Of a DNA stretch of 64,000 nt, positions 49,640 to 59,761 are shown one piece after another. The DNA is from Candidatus Melainabacteria bacterium 17Bon1m (lineage in GTDB: Bacteria; Cyanobacteriota; Vampirovibrionia; Obscuribacterales; Obscuribacteraceae), in contig JAVLKG010000009.1 of assembly GCA_032128875.1 (NCBI GenBank), forward strand, positions 96,001 to 160,000. Reading direction: 5' to 3'. Under the pieces are notes generated by a model. It was not told the DNA's origin, did no database searches, and saw only the letters and a program-made list of their open reading frames with translations. The first letter of the stretch is position 1. Each line of letters starts with the position of its first letter. A program made the position numbers and the translations under genes.

Positions 49640-52600
49640 ATGAACTGGAATCTCTCAACCTGGTCTATCAAAAATCCAGTACCCGTCCTGGTTCTTTTCC
49701 TTGTGCTCATGGTCATGGGCTCGCTGGCTTTTGTTGCGCTCGGCATCGACGAAAACCCAAACATCGATGTGCCTGTGGCGTCCGTCACTGTCACGCAAAT
49801 GGGCGCTGCGCCGTCTGAGTTGGAAACGCAAGTTACTAGAAAAATCGAAGACGCTGTTTCTGGGATCGGCAATGTCAAACACATCATGTCGACCGTCAAC
49901 ACGGGCGCTTCAACGACAAGCATCGAGTTTGTCCTGGGCACCAACACAGACCGTGCCGTCAACGATGTGCGCGACGCCATCGCTAAGATCAAACAGGATC
50001 TACCGGACGCAATTGACGAACCTATCATTCAGCGCGTCGACTTTGTAGGTGGTCCTTTCGTCAGTTATACGGTCGCCAGCCCAACTCTTACACCTACCGA
50101 GATTAGTTGGCTCGTCGACAATGACATAGGCAGAGCGCTGCTTTCGGTGCCTGGCGTCGGTCAGGTTCAGCGTGCCGGGGGTGTCGACCGTGAGATTAGA
50201 GTCGACCTTGATCCGACTCGATTGGAGGCTGTCGGTGTAACAGCTGACATGGTCAATGCGCAAATTCGAGCGCTCAACATCGACCTTCCCGGTGGCCGAG
50301 GAGAGATTGGCAGAGCAGAGCAATCGATAAGAACTCTCGGCAGCGCTCACACTTTGGAGCGCTTGAGCGAGACGGAAATTCTGCTTCCGCAAGGCAGGCA
50401 TGCGCGTCTCGATACTTTAGGTAAGGTTACCGACAGCGCGTCGGAAACGCGTCAAATGGCTATTATGGACGGCAAGCAGGTCGTCGTCTTTTCCATTGTT
50501 CGCAGTACAGGTAGCAATCTCGTCGATGTGGAAAAGGCTGTTGACAAGCGGATGACGGAGTTGCGGAAGTCGCTGCCTAAAGACATCCAGATCAATAAAA
50601 TTCGCACCAATGGTAAGTACGTGAAAGAAGCATATGACGCTTCTCTCGACTCACTGATAGTCGGCGCGCTTTTGGCCGTTGCCGTCATCTATATCTTTCT
50701 GAAAGACTGGCGTGCCACCTTTATTTCGGGCTTGGCAATTCCACTTTCTGTCGTTCCTACATTTGCTGTCATGCAATGGGCAGGTTTTACGTTAAACGGC
50801 ATGTCGCTGCTTGGCTTGGCGCTGGTAATCGGGATTCTTGTTGATGATGCGATCGTTGAGATTGAGAATATCGTTCGCCACTTGAAGATGGGCAAGCCGC
50901 CTTTGAAGGCGGCAATCGAAGCCGCCGAAGAAATCGGAATGGCGGTTATCGCTACTACCATGACTGTCATAGTTGTTTTCGTGCCGGTTGCATTTATGGG
51001 CGGCATTCCTGGCCAATTTTTCAAGCAGTTTGGTCTGACTGTGACTGTAGCTGTTCTATTTTCATTGCTCGTTGCCCGAATGGTGACACCGATGATGGCA
51101 GCTTACGGCATGAAGGATATGCCGGAGCACAAGGGACGCGGCAGGCTCATGCGTCTCTACGAGAAGATGCTCATTTGGGCTCTGAATCGCCGACTCATCA
51201 CCGTTATTGCTTCGATTGTTCTCTTTGTTGTGAGTATCGCGCTCTTCAAGTCGATGCCTACTTCGCTTATCAGCAACGTCGATAGAGGCGAGTGCCTCAT
51301 CAACGTAGAGTTGCCACCCGGAGCAGTGCTTTCTGATACGGAGCGCGCATGTGATCAGTTGACCAAGATTGTCTCCAAGCATAAGGAAGCTAAAGCTGTG
51401 GTTGCCTTTATCGGCACGCCGACTGCGTCTCGCCGTAGTTCTGCGGGCAATCAGGGCGAAGTAAACAAAGCCAGCATTTACATTACGATGGTGCCTAAAG
51501 ACCATCGCAAGATCTCACAGCAAGATTTCGAGGAGTTGTTGCGTAAGGAAATCAAAGTGGTGCCTGGTGTGCGCCTGACTTTCTCGCGCTCGTCTGGTAT
51601 GACTGGAAAGCCTGTCCGTATAGCTTTGACCAGTAACGACTCAGCCGAGTTGGAAAAGACCGCGGAGACTCTCATTGACGAGATGCGCCCTATCAAAGGA
51701 TTGAGCGATGTCACATCCAGTGCTTCGCTGCTCCGTCCTGAGATCCTGGTCAAACCTGATTTCGAGCGTGCCGCTCGTGTTGGTGTTTCTGTTATGTCAA
51801 TTGCAAGAACAGCGCTGATCGCAACATTGGGTGACTCTGATGCAAATCTTGCAAAATTCGATCTGAAAGACAGACAGATCAATATTCGAGTTCAGCTCGA
51901 TCCTCAGTATCGCAATGACATGGCGACCATCGGCAACCTGAAAGTTCAGGGTAATAATGGACGTCTCGTTCCTCTAAAGAGTGTGGCGGCTGTCGAGTTC
52001 GGTAGTGGACCTTCACAGATAGATAGATATGACCGTGAGCGCCAGGTCACGGTGGAAGCCAGCCTTGATTCGAAACTGACCTTGGGTGAGGCGCTCAAGA
52101 AAGTTCACCAGTTGCCTGCATTCAAAAACATGTCGAAGTCCATTCACGAGCAACCACTCGGTGACGTTGAAATTCAGCGCGATGTATTCAACGGATTTGG
52201 AACAGCTATTGGAGCCGCCGTCTTGCTCATTTACGCTGTGCTTGTGATTCTCTTCGGTGGTTTTTTGCACCCGCTCACTATCATGATGTCGCTGCCCCTC
52301 TCCTTGTGCGGCGCACTGATTGGGCTTGTGATGTTCAATCAATCCATTGGTCTTTATGCCTTAATCGGCATAACCATGCTCATGGGCTTGGTAACTAAAA
52401 ACGCTATTTTGTTGGTCGAGTACGCGATTGTCTCCATGCAGAATGGACTGCCGCGGCGTGAAGCCTTAATTACGGCGGGCGAGACGCGGATGCGACCAAT
52501 CTTCATGACTACAATCGCGATGATTGCAGGTATGCTGCCAATCGCATTCGGTATCGGAGCCGGTTCTGAAGCTCGGGCGCCAATGGCTATTTCAGTCGTT

Positions 52601-52783
52601 GGCGGTTTGATCACTTCCACCTTGCTGACACTGCTCGTAATACCTGTGGTGTTTACTTATATCGATGATTTCCAAACTTGGTTAATGCGCGTCTTGCCTC
52701 ATTCCCTGAAAGGGCCCTCGGCGCACGCGGTCGGACAAGTAACGTCCGGCAAAAAGGATGCGGAGAAGCATACAGTTGTTTGA
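49640..52783 (+). CDS. RND efflux permease (AcrB/AcrD/AcrF family)
   Basis: 1047 aa; GILVDDAIVEIEN, VTKNAILLVE, RMRPIFMTT. Confidence 0.96.
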   Translation: MNWNLSTWSIKNPVPVLVLFLVLMVMGSLAFVALGIDENPNIDVPVASVTVTQMGAAPSELETQVTRKIEDAVSGIGNVKHIMSTVNTGASTTSIEFVLGTNTDRAVNDVRDAIAKIKQDLPDAIDEPIIQRVDFVGGPFVSYTVASPTLTPTEISWLVDNDIGRALLSVPGVGQVQRAGGVDREIRVDLDPTRLEAVGVTADMVNAQIRALNIDLPGGRGEIGRAEQSIRTLGSAHTLERLSETEILLPQGRHARLDTLGKVTDSASETRQMAIMDGKQVVVFSIVRSTGSNLVDVEKAVDKRMTELRKSLPKDIQINKIRTNGKYVKEAYDASLDSLIVGALLAVAVIYIFLKDWRATFISGLAIPLSVVPTFAVMQWAGFTLNGMSLLGLALVIGILVDDAIVEIENIVRHLKMGKPPLKAAIEAAEEIGMAVIATTMTVIVVFVPVAFMGGIPGQFFKQFGLTVTVAVLFSLLVARMVTPMMAAYGMKDMPEHKGRGRLMRLYEKMLIWALNRRLITVIASIVLFVVSIALFKSMPTSLISNVDRGECLINVELPPGAVLSDTERACDQLTKIVSKHKEAKAVVAFIGTPTASRRSSAGNQGEVNKASIYITMVPKDHRKISQQDFEELLRKEIKVVPGVRLTFSRSSGMTGKPVRIALTSNDSAELEKTAETLIDEMRPIKGLSDVTSSASLLRPEILVKPDFERAARVGVSVMSIARTALIATLGDSDANLAKFDLKDRQINIRVQLDPQYRNDMATIGNLKVQGNNGRLVPLKSVAAVEFGSGPSQIDRYDRERQVTVEASLDSKLTLGEALKKVHQLPAFKNMSKSIHEQPLGDVEIQRDVFNGFGTAIGAAVLLIYAVLVILFGGFLHPLTIMMSLPLSLCGALIGLVMFNQSIGLYALIGITMLMGLVTKNAILLVEYAIVSMQNGLPRREALITAGETRMRPIFMTTIAMIAGMLPIAFGIGAGSEARAPMAISVVGGLITSTLLTLLVIPVVFTYIDDFQTWLMRVLPHSLKGPSAHAVGQVTSGKKDAEKHTVV

Positions 52784-53690
52784 GAAGTTCAAATTCGTCG
52801 TTTTACTGCAAATTCTTGTGTTTGCATTTCTAATTGCTCAGAGTGCATTTGCCTCTCGCAGCAATGACAATTCTGCTTCTCGTGCAACTGGCAATGCGGC
52901 AGCAGCCGTAAAGATCCAGCCTAAAGTGAAAGGACCGGAGCAGGTGTTTTCTGCCAAAGGCATGAAAGGCACAGAGGGTCTTGTGCTGAAGCAGGAGTAT
53001 CGATTCATCGGTAAATGTACGACATATTTTTCGCCATTGGGAATTGCTGTCGAGTCAAATAGTCTCTCTATTCTGTTCAATGCAAAAACGCAGAATCTGT
53101 GCGTTTACAGCGATGACACGAAGAAATTTTACTCTTGCGATCCGGAAACATGGAAGAAAAAGTCCAAAGTCATGTTCCAAACACCAAATTACCACCCGAA
53201 GATGACTCCCTGGAAATTCTTGAAAAATGAGAGTATCTGCGGGCTGGAATGTAAGGCGTTCAGGCGTACTTCATTCTCGACGAACTTCACCAACGAAGAC
53301 ACGATTTGGGTCACTCACGATATCAAATTGACTCCTGACGCTCGTTCGTTGCTGTATTCACTTTTGAAAGTTACCGACTCCGTACCTGATGGCGTGCCGC
53401 TCAGGCACTCACTTGCATCCAAGCACAAGCCGATAGTCGATAAGAAGGCCGACTTTCTTGGACGGCACCGTGTCCGAAAAGTAAAGGATACTGACCACGT
53501 CGATTACGAGACGTATTCTATTCAGAAGATCAAAATCCCCGTGAGCAAGTACATAATGCCTTCCGGCTACAAGAGAGCGGAAAGCGAAATGGAAGTCTTC
53601 TTCAGCACAGACGATGCCATGGGCGATCTTGATGTTCCTGATTTCAGCATGGAAAAAGGCACTAAGAATTTGCAGCAAAAGTTCAAATAG
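52758..53690 (+). CDS. Exported hypothetical protein, paralogue of 56146..57123
   Basis: Signal peptide ending AFA; blocks shared with 56146..57123 (ETW.KK, PWK....E.I.GL.C, YK....EM.V). Confidence 0.75.
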   Translation: MRRSIQLFEKFKFVVLLQILVFAFLIAQSAFASRSNDNSASRATGNAAAAVKIQPKVKGPEQVFSAKGMKGTEGLVLKQEYRFIGKCTTYFSPLGIAVESNSLSILFNAKTQNLCVYSDDTKKFYSCDPETWKKKSKVMFQTPNYHPKMTPWKFLKNESICGLECKAFRRTSFSTNFTNEDTIWVTHDIKLTPDARSLLYSLLKVTDSVPDGVPLRHSLASKHKPIVDKKADFLGRHRVRKVKDTDHVDYETYSIQKIKIPVSKYIMPSGYKRAESEMEVFFSTDDAMGDLDVPDFSMEKGTKNLQQKFK

Positions 53691-56031
53691 ATTTTGTTGC
53701 CACCGGCGGTGGTGCATGATACAAAATCAGCCAGCAGCCGATCCGCTGTTTTATAGCGTCTAAATAGTCGCCCCGGCTCCAAAGCGCGTCCGCGTACTTC
53801 ATTATCAAATAAGTTCTTCTCGGGTTGTCTTCGCCTATTGCTGCTGCCAGCTCCGAGTTGGCATCTTTCAGGTATTGGAATGATTTTTCCTTATCTCCAG
53901 TTCCGGCAAAAATATTTGAAATTTTCAGGTCGCACAGAGCTACATTCTGCCCGTGTTCATCGAGATTTTCTCTCCACTTGGCCTTGGCCGACTTGTAGAG
54001 TTTGTAGGCGTAACCGAACGATTGCTGTGTGTTGTAGGGAACAATCAAATCTGCATAGCGTGCGGCGGTGATGGGATAGCGCGGCGAGTCATCAAATTTT
54101 CCCCACCGTTCAAAGGCGCCTTGATAGCTCTCCTCGGCGCGGTCCTTTTGTCCCATGAAGTTGTAGCAGTCGGCTAACATTGATTCTGCGTCGCCTTTCG
54201 ACTGCACGCTCACAGGCCACTCGCTGCTGTCTAACGCGCCTCTTAAAGACTTCTCGGCGTCTGCGTATTGCTTTAGTTCGTATTGAACTTTGCCCGTGTA
54301 GAAAAGCAGATTTGGATAGTTGCTGGAGTACTCGCTTATGTATTTCCTTGTGTAAACAGTTGCCTTAGACAGTCCACGGAGCGCATCTTCGAGTCGACCC
54401 GCTCTTTCAAGTGCCAGTGCCGTTTTTGTTAGAGTCGATACGAGTTTGCCTGGCGTAATGGCACCCTCTTCGACCAGCCGTGTGCCTTTGTTCATGTAAA
54501 GTTCCATCTGCGAACAGGCAAGAGCCATTCTATTTTCCGCATCGTTGACCGGTGGTTTCGGCCCTATCCAATCGAGTATTGTTGCGCTCAACCAGGGAGA
54601 ATTGGTGGTTAAATCCAGGAATGACATAGTCAACCAGGCTGCCGTTATCACCATCAGCGATACTACAATTCCGGTGACACCTAATACCTTTTCTCTGGTA
54701 GTCAGCTTAAGTCTCTTTGACCAGAGAAGCGAAAACTTCGCTTGTGCCTGATTGAGCGCGCTCTTATCGCGGGACATATAAAGCTGTGTAAGACCGTTCC
54801 TTAGCAGCCTCATTGATTGAATACGTTCGTCGCGTTTTGGCTCGAGGCATTTGAATACGATTGCTTCAAGCTCTGCTGGAATATTGGAATTCGGCACGAC
54901 AGACTTGAAATGTGCTGGTGTCTCCGAAATGTGCTTATGCAAAATTTGCAGGGTTGACTCGCCAGTGTGCGGTGGATTGCCCGTAAGCGCCTCATACATC
55001 AAGCAACCCATTGAGTAAACATCAGACCGCTCGTCAAGCTCTCCACCCAAGCATTGCTCAGGGCTCATGTAGTGCGGAGAGCCAAAAACGTCACCTGTCT
55101 GAGTCAATTTTGCTTGCGTATGCCCATCTTGCGTTAGCACCTTGGCGATGCCGAAGTCCACGAGCTTTGCGATTTCTGCCTCATCTCCGTCGTGCGAAAG
55201 TATGACGTTGCTTGGTTTCAAATCGCGGTGAATGACGCCCTTTTCGTGCGCGTGCGTCAGCGCTGCCGTCAATTGAACGAAAATATTCAGAGCTTCCGTG
55301 TATTCGAGCCTGCCTTTCTCTTTGATGAAGGCGGAAAGCGAGCGACCTTCAAGGAGGTCCATTGCCATAAAAGGCAGCCCACTCTCAGTGGCACCGACGT
55401 TGTACACCTTAACTATGTTGGGGTGGTCGAGGTGGCTGGCGGCAGTTGCTTCTTGTTGAAACCTTTGCACGCTGAGCGGATCAGCAGAGAGGTGTGGCAT
55501 CAACACCTTAAGTGCGACAAACTTTTTGAGCCGTCGATCGCGAGCCTTGAAGACAACGCTCATGCCACCCTTGCCGATGTTTTCCGTTACCTCATAGCGC
55601 TCTTCAACAACCTGACCAAGTAGCTCTAGGCGGGGATCTACAAGCGATGCAGGCGTTCTGAGAGCAGCTGGATTTCCTGACAGCTCGATTGTTCTGGTTG
55701 AATCATTTGGCGCGTAAGAGTTAAGCGGCAGCTCTTCTTCGTCGAGTTTTAGGTCGTTGTCCTCGAGTTTTAAGCTTGACGTATCTTCCTCGGACGCAGA
55801 CGCAGAGTTTCCGTTAACCGACTTGCCATTTATCGACTTGCCATTTATCGACTTGCCATTGGTAGCATCTTTGCCAGTGAGTTCTTTATTTGAATTCGGA
55901 GCGTCAGAGAGGGGCGTGCCATCCTGCGGGCAAAAACGCATGTCTGCAGGATACCCAGCTTCGCAGGTTGGGCACTGCTTTGCGAGTACGTTTTTGCCTT
56001 CCGCTCCTAGCGCTGTTGGCTCGTCCGACAG
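53683..56031 (-). CDS. Transmembrane Ser/Thr kinase with N-terminal Zn-ribbon and C-terminal TPR-like domain
   Basis: CPTC...CPQD ribbon, GKGGMS, VALK, HRDLKPSN, DFG, YMSPE, one TM, TPR-like helices; start probably CTG at 56031 (ORF-track ATG 55941 cuts the ribbon). Confidence 0.9.
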   Translation of the reverse strand: MSDEPTALGAEGKNVLAKQCPTCEAGYPADMRFCPQDGTPLSDAPNSNKELTGKDATNGKSINGKSINGKSVNGNSASASEEDTSSLKLEDNDLKLDEEELPLNSYAPNDSTRTIELSGNPAALRTPASLVDPRLELLGQVVEERYEVTENIGKGGMSVVFKARDRRLKKFVALKVLMPHLSADPLSVQRFQQEATAASHLDHPNIVKVYNVGATESGLPFMAMDLLEGRSLSAFIKEKGRLEYTEALNIFVQLTAALTHAHEKGVIHRDLKPSNVILSHDGDEAEIAKLVDFGIAKVLTQDGHTQAKLTQTGDVFGSPHYMSPEQCLGGELDERSDVYSMGCLMYEALTGNPPHTGESTLQILHKHISETPAHFKSVVPNSNIPAELEAIVFKCLEPKRDERIQSMRLLRNGLTQLYMSRDKSALNQAQAKFSLLWSKRLKLTTREKVLGVTGIVVSLMVITAAWLTMSFLDLTTNSPWLSATILDWIGPKPPVNDAENRMALACSQMELYMNKGTRLVEEGAITPGKLVSTLTKTALALERAGRLEDALRGLSKATVYTRKYISEYSSNYPNLLFYTGKVQYELKQYADAEKSLRGALDSSEWPVSVQSKGDAESMLADCYNFMGQKDRAEESYQGAFERWGKFDDSPRYPITAARYADLIVPYNTQQSFGYAYKLYKSAKAKWRENLDEHGQNVALCDLKISNIFAGTGDKEKSFQYLKDANSELAAAIGEDNPRRTYLIMKYADALWSRGDYLDAIKQRIGCWLILYHAPPPVATKSI

Positions 56032-56145
56032 ATTTTGGTTCCCCTGAAGATCTCAGTTTCTACATTCCCCCTTTACGATCTTCTATCTCTCAGAACGTAG
56101 TATGATGCCAGGCGGGCTAGTTTTTAGGAGCTTTTTTTCGAGACA

Positions 56146-57123
56146 ATGCGCCGCCAGTTTTTCACATTTATCAGTTTTTCTCTGCTGGTATTGCCTTTCT
56201 TGGCGACCAGCCAGGCGCAAGCTGCCGCACCGGAGAAAAACGCTGTCGCGGCGAAGACAACCGTACCGGCAAAAGTATCAGGTTCTACCGGCACGACCGC
56301 CGCTAAAACTACCTCTACAACCCCTGGTAAAACCCCCGCTAACACATCCGCACCCGCAGGCAAGAAAGAGACCGAAAAGCAAGCTGCTGCGGGTGGACCG
56401 CCCGCGCCCGGTTGGGAGCTGCAACAGTGGCATCGGATGGCGGGTCGCATCAGGTTGGTTTCAACCAAGTATGGTGGGAAGTTCGAAACCACTCACTACA
56501 CTCTTCTGAAGCCTCTGCCCGGCGACAAAATGTATTTCTTAAATCAGCAAACCAAGCGCTATGTTAACTACACAGCCGAGACCTGGCGCAAGAAATTCAA
56601 CTTCTATCACAAGGATCCGGGACGCTCAAAAGACTCAGGATTCACAGAATTTTCTCCTTGGAAACGGTTGGGTGATGAAAAGATTGCTGGCTTAAAGTGC
56701 GGGCGTTTTTCTCGCATGCGCACTAACAACCTGCCGGCGCCCAATGACAAGACTTACACTGAAGAATGGTCTTTCTGCAAAGAGCTGACTGTTCCGCCTG
56801 CACTGATTGAGCTCTACAAAAAGACGCTCTATTTGCAATATGACGCCAAGCTTGGATTTCCAATGCGCGTTCGAGAAATTCGCGAATGGAATGGCAAACA
56901 TGCCAAGAAAGTGGAACTCAGTTACGACACTCTCAAATACAACAAAGGCAGCTTCCCTCAGTCATTCTTCGAGATGGGCAAAGACTATAAGCAAGTCAAG
57001 GACGAGATGTCTGTGCTCATGGATGAGGGTGGGGACATGCTGGGCGGCGATGCAATGGGTGCAGACGGCTCGATGGGCGGTCTAGAAATGAACGAAGAGT
57101 TGAAGCGCAGACTGGGCAAGTAA
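56146..57123 (+). CDS. Exported hypothetical protein, paralogue of 52758..53690
   Basis: Signal peptide ending AQA; Ala/Thr/Lys-rich linker; shared sequence blocks. Confidence 0.78.
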   Translation: MRRQFFTFISFSLLVLPFLATSQAQAAAPEKNAVAAKTTVPAKVSGSTGTTAAKTTSTTPGKTPANTSAPAGKKETEKQAAAGGPPAPGWELQQWHRMAGRIRLVSTKYGGKFETTHYTLLKPLPGDKMYFLNQQTKRYVNYTAETWRKKFNFYHKDPGRSKDSGFTEFSPWKRLGDEKIAGLKCGRFSRMRTNNLPAPNDKTYTEEWSFCKELTVPPALIELYKKTLYLQYDAKLGFPMRVREIREWNGKHAKKVELSYDTLKYNKGSFPQSFFEMGKDYKQVKDEMSVLMDEGGDMLGGDAMGADGSMGGLEMNEELKRRLGK

Positions 57124-57125
57124 CA

Positions 57126-59570
57126 CTATCTTTCGACTTTCGGAACTTGCCTTGAATAGTCCATCTTGAGCAAAATTGCGTGAAGCGGATCGCCTTGCTT
57201 CCACATGTAATCTGCGTATTTCTTTTCGGTGATGCAGGTAATCAGCAGAGAGCCGTTAGACTTCAGCGCCTTCAGCGCCGCTTCGTAACTGGCTTTTGGA
57301 TCTTCCTTGAGAGTTTCTTGAATCTGGGCCACTTTTAAGTATGCAAGAGCCTCATTATCAGCCGATTTGAGAGCACCCCATCGGGCAGCAGCATCGGTGT
57401 AGTAGTCCTTGGCTTTGGGCAAAACTTCGCCTTTTACCAGGCAGTCGCCAGCATGACTCATCAAAAGAGCATAGCCTTCCGTACCCTGAAACTGCCGTGC
57501 TTCCTCAACGTATTGCCCAACTGTGAGCGGAGTCATGTTTGCCCACTCGAGCGCTTCTCCATGAGTCGAGGCCAAAAAGTGCCTGTAAGCGCTAATCGCA
57601 TCGGAAAATTGTCCGATGTAATAATAGGATTCTCCGGTTTGAACGATGCAGTTCATGATGTTTGATGCCTTTTCGCCGTATACAAAACTGCCGGCGCGTT
57701 GCATGTATATGGTGTATTCTCGCGCGGCAAATGCGTAATCTCTGGCGTTGAAGCACGCCTCTGCGTACTGCCGACGCAGAGCCATTGAAGGCAAGCACAC
57801 TTCGCCGTTGATCAGTTTGCTGCATTCGAGCGCTAACGAAAACGCCTTTTCGGCTTCTTCCCAGCGATTGCACTTTGCCATATCATTGCCCCAACTGACC
57901 ATTCGCTCCAGGGTGTCAGCGTCGATTGATTGCGGAGAATTTCTCAAAACTCCTTCGCAATGAGCAACGTCATTTTGATAAATGGAAAGCGCCCACTGAC
58001 CGACCTTGCCCGGTCTGGGTGGTGGTGGCGTTTTCCATGTCACAGTTTGCTTGAAGACTTCGGATTCATCGGCGAAAGCGTATTGCGAAACCAGATATGC
58101 ACAAGCCGCGAAAAGTGCTACCAGCGAGACAGCCAGAGCACCGAACATAATGAATTCGCTCTTCTTGCGCGGTCTTCTCTTTAGTACGAATAATTCCCAG
58201 CTCGTAACTATACGTCCGAGGAATGAGCTTTTGCGATAGAAAAATATCTTCTTAAGCTCTTCATGTACGGCTTGCATGCTCGCTGGCCGCGCAGCCGGTT
58301 CTTTCGCCAAGGATTTGAATATGAGGGCTTCCAAGCGCTGCGGAACGCTGATGCCGAGCTTCAGACTTTTGAAGTCTTTGGGAACTTCATTCATGTGGCG
58401 GTATAGAACTTCCAGCATATTATTGCCGGTGTGAGGCGGCGTGCCGCAAAGCGTCTCGTACATGAGGCAGCCCATCGAATAGATGTCTGCCTTGGCATCG
58501 AGCTTTTCGCCTTTGCACTGCTCTGGACTCATGTAGAGTGGGCTGCCAAAAACATCTCCAGTCTGAGTGAGACTGACGGCATCGCGGCCTTCGTGCGGAA
58601 GTAATTTCGCGATCCCGAAGTCGACGATTTTGCAAACGTCTGACTCGCCGTTTTGCTCACACAAAAGGACGTTGCTTGGCTTCAAGTCTCTATGGACAAT
58701 GCCTTTCTGGTGAGCGTGGCTAAGAGCTGATGCCAATTGAATGAAAATGTTCAACGCTCGATCCACTGGCAGATGTTTCTCTTTTTTGATTAGAGATGCC
58801 AGAGAGCTGCCCTCAATCAAATCCATTACCAGAAATGGTTGACCGCTTTCTGTTTCACCGTAGTTGTGAATGCTAACAACATTAGGGTGGTTCAAAGAGC
58901 TGGCGGAATGCGCTTCTTGCTGAAATCGAGCCATGCTATGCGACTGAAGCATAAGGTGCGGAAGTAGCATTTTCAGTGCGATGAATTTATCAAGCTTCAG
59001 ATCCTTCGCTTTCAACACGACACTCATGCCACCATATCCGATGGCGCTAACAATCTTGTATTGGTTGTTTACTACTGTCCCAATCAGCTTGTTAGCGGCT
59101 TCTCGCGCAAAGGTTGCCGGAGCGCTGCCGTCTGATGATTCCAGGTCCCCTTCTTGGGTTTGCCAATCTTCTGTTCCGAAAGCATCTTCGAGAACTTTTG
59201 TTTTTGTTTCCTCCTGCGTGTCTAATGCTTTCTGCTGAGCGAATGCTTTGCCGGAGTTGCCATTCTTTCCCTTCTCACCATTTTTGTCAGTGTCAGACTT
59301 GCGGGTAAGTGGTTCTTCGTGCAGAATCTGCGCCATTAGAGAACCGGCTGACAGCGCCAGCGGCGACTCATCAGCGGGTTTCATTGCCGCTATTTCTTTT
59401 GGGAGCGCTTTGGTGTTTGCCGCATTGAACTTCTTTTTCTTTACCTTCTCTGGTGGCGGAGCTACCAGGCGTGTTCCGTCATTTGGACAAATTTTGGTCG
59501 CAGACGAAAAGCTCTGCCCACATTCGCTGCAGGTGTTTTCCACAGTAATACTGCCGGGGTCTTCTACCAA
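57126..59570 (-). CDS. Transmembrane Ser/Thr kinase with N-terminal Zn-ribbon and C-terminal TPR-like domain
   Basis: CSEC...CPND, GYGGMS, IALK, HRDLKPSN, DFG, YMSPE, TM, TPR-like; start uncertain (59666, 59570 or 59543). Confidence 0.9.
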   Translation of the reverse strand: MVEDPGSITVENTCSECGQSFSSATKICPNDGTRLVAPPPEKVKKKKFNAANTKALPKEIAAMKPADESPLALSAGSLMAQILHEEPLTRKSDTDKNGEKGKNGNSGKAFAQQKALDTQEETKTKVLEDAFGTEDWQTQEGDLESSDGSAPATFAREAANKLIGTVVNNQYKIVSAIGYGGMSVVLKAKDLKLDKFIALKMLLPHLMLQSHSMARFQQEAHSASSLNHPNVVSIHNYGETESGQPFLVMDLIEGSSLASLIKKEKHLPVDRALNIFIQLASALSHAHQKGIVHRDLKPSNVLLCEQNGESDVCKIVDFGIAKLLPHEGRDAVSLTQTGDVFGSPLYMSPEQCKGEKLDAKADIYSMGCLMYETLCGTPPHTGNNMLEVLYRHMNEVPKDFKSLKLGISVPQRLEALIFKSLAKEPAARPASMQAVHEELKKIFFYRKSSFLGRIVTSWELFVLKRRPRKKSEFIMFGALAVSLVALFAACAYLVSQYAFADESEVFKQTVTWKTPPPPRPGKVGQWALSIYQNDVAHCEGVLRNSPQSIDADTLERMVSWGNDMAKCNRWEEAEKAFSLALECSKLINGEVCLPSMALRRQYAEACFNARDYAFAAREYTIYMQRAGSFVYGEKASNIMNCIVQTGESYYYIGQFSDAISAYRHFLASTHGEALEWANMTPLTVGQYVEEARQFQGTEGYALLMSHAGDCLVKGEVLPKAKDYYTDAAARWGALKSADNEALAYLKVAQIQETLKEDPKASYEAALKALKSNGSLLITCITEKKYADYMWKQGDPLHAILLKMDYSRQVPKVER

Positions 59571-59761
59571 AGTTTCAAACCAAATTTCGGACCAAAATAA
59601 AGTGGCGGAATGTAGTTTATCGGCCGCAAAGGAGCGGACGCTATCACTTGGATATCTTGCCCGCAATCCCAGGCTAATTAATCATCAGCTCTGATTTCAT
59701 ATAAGCCATGCGATTATTGTTTAGAGTAATTCTTGAATAGAGCCAGATTGAACTCTCGGAC

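Noticed and set aside
47491-52783. RND operon without an outer-membrane factor gene
   Set aside because: Common arrangement; a TolC-like channel is usually encoded elsewhere.
55820-55861. 15-nt tandem repeat (NGKSI) in the kinase linker
   Set aside because: In-frame slippage in a disordered linker; ordinary.
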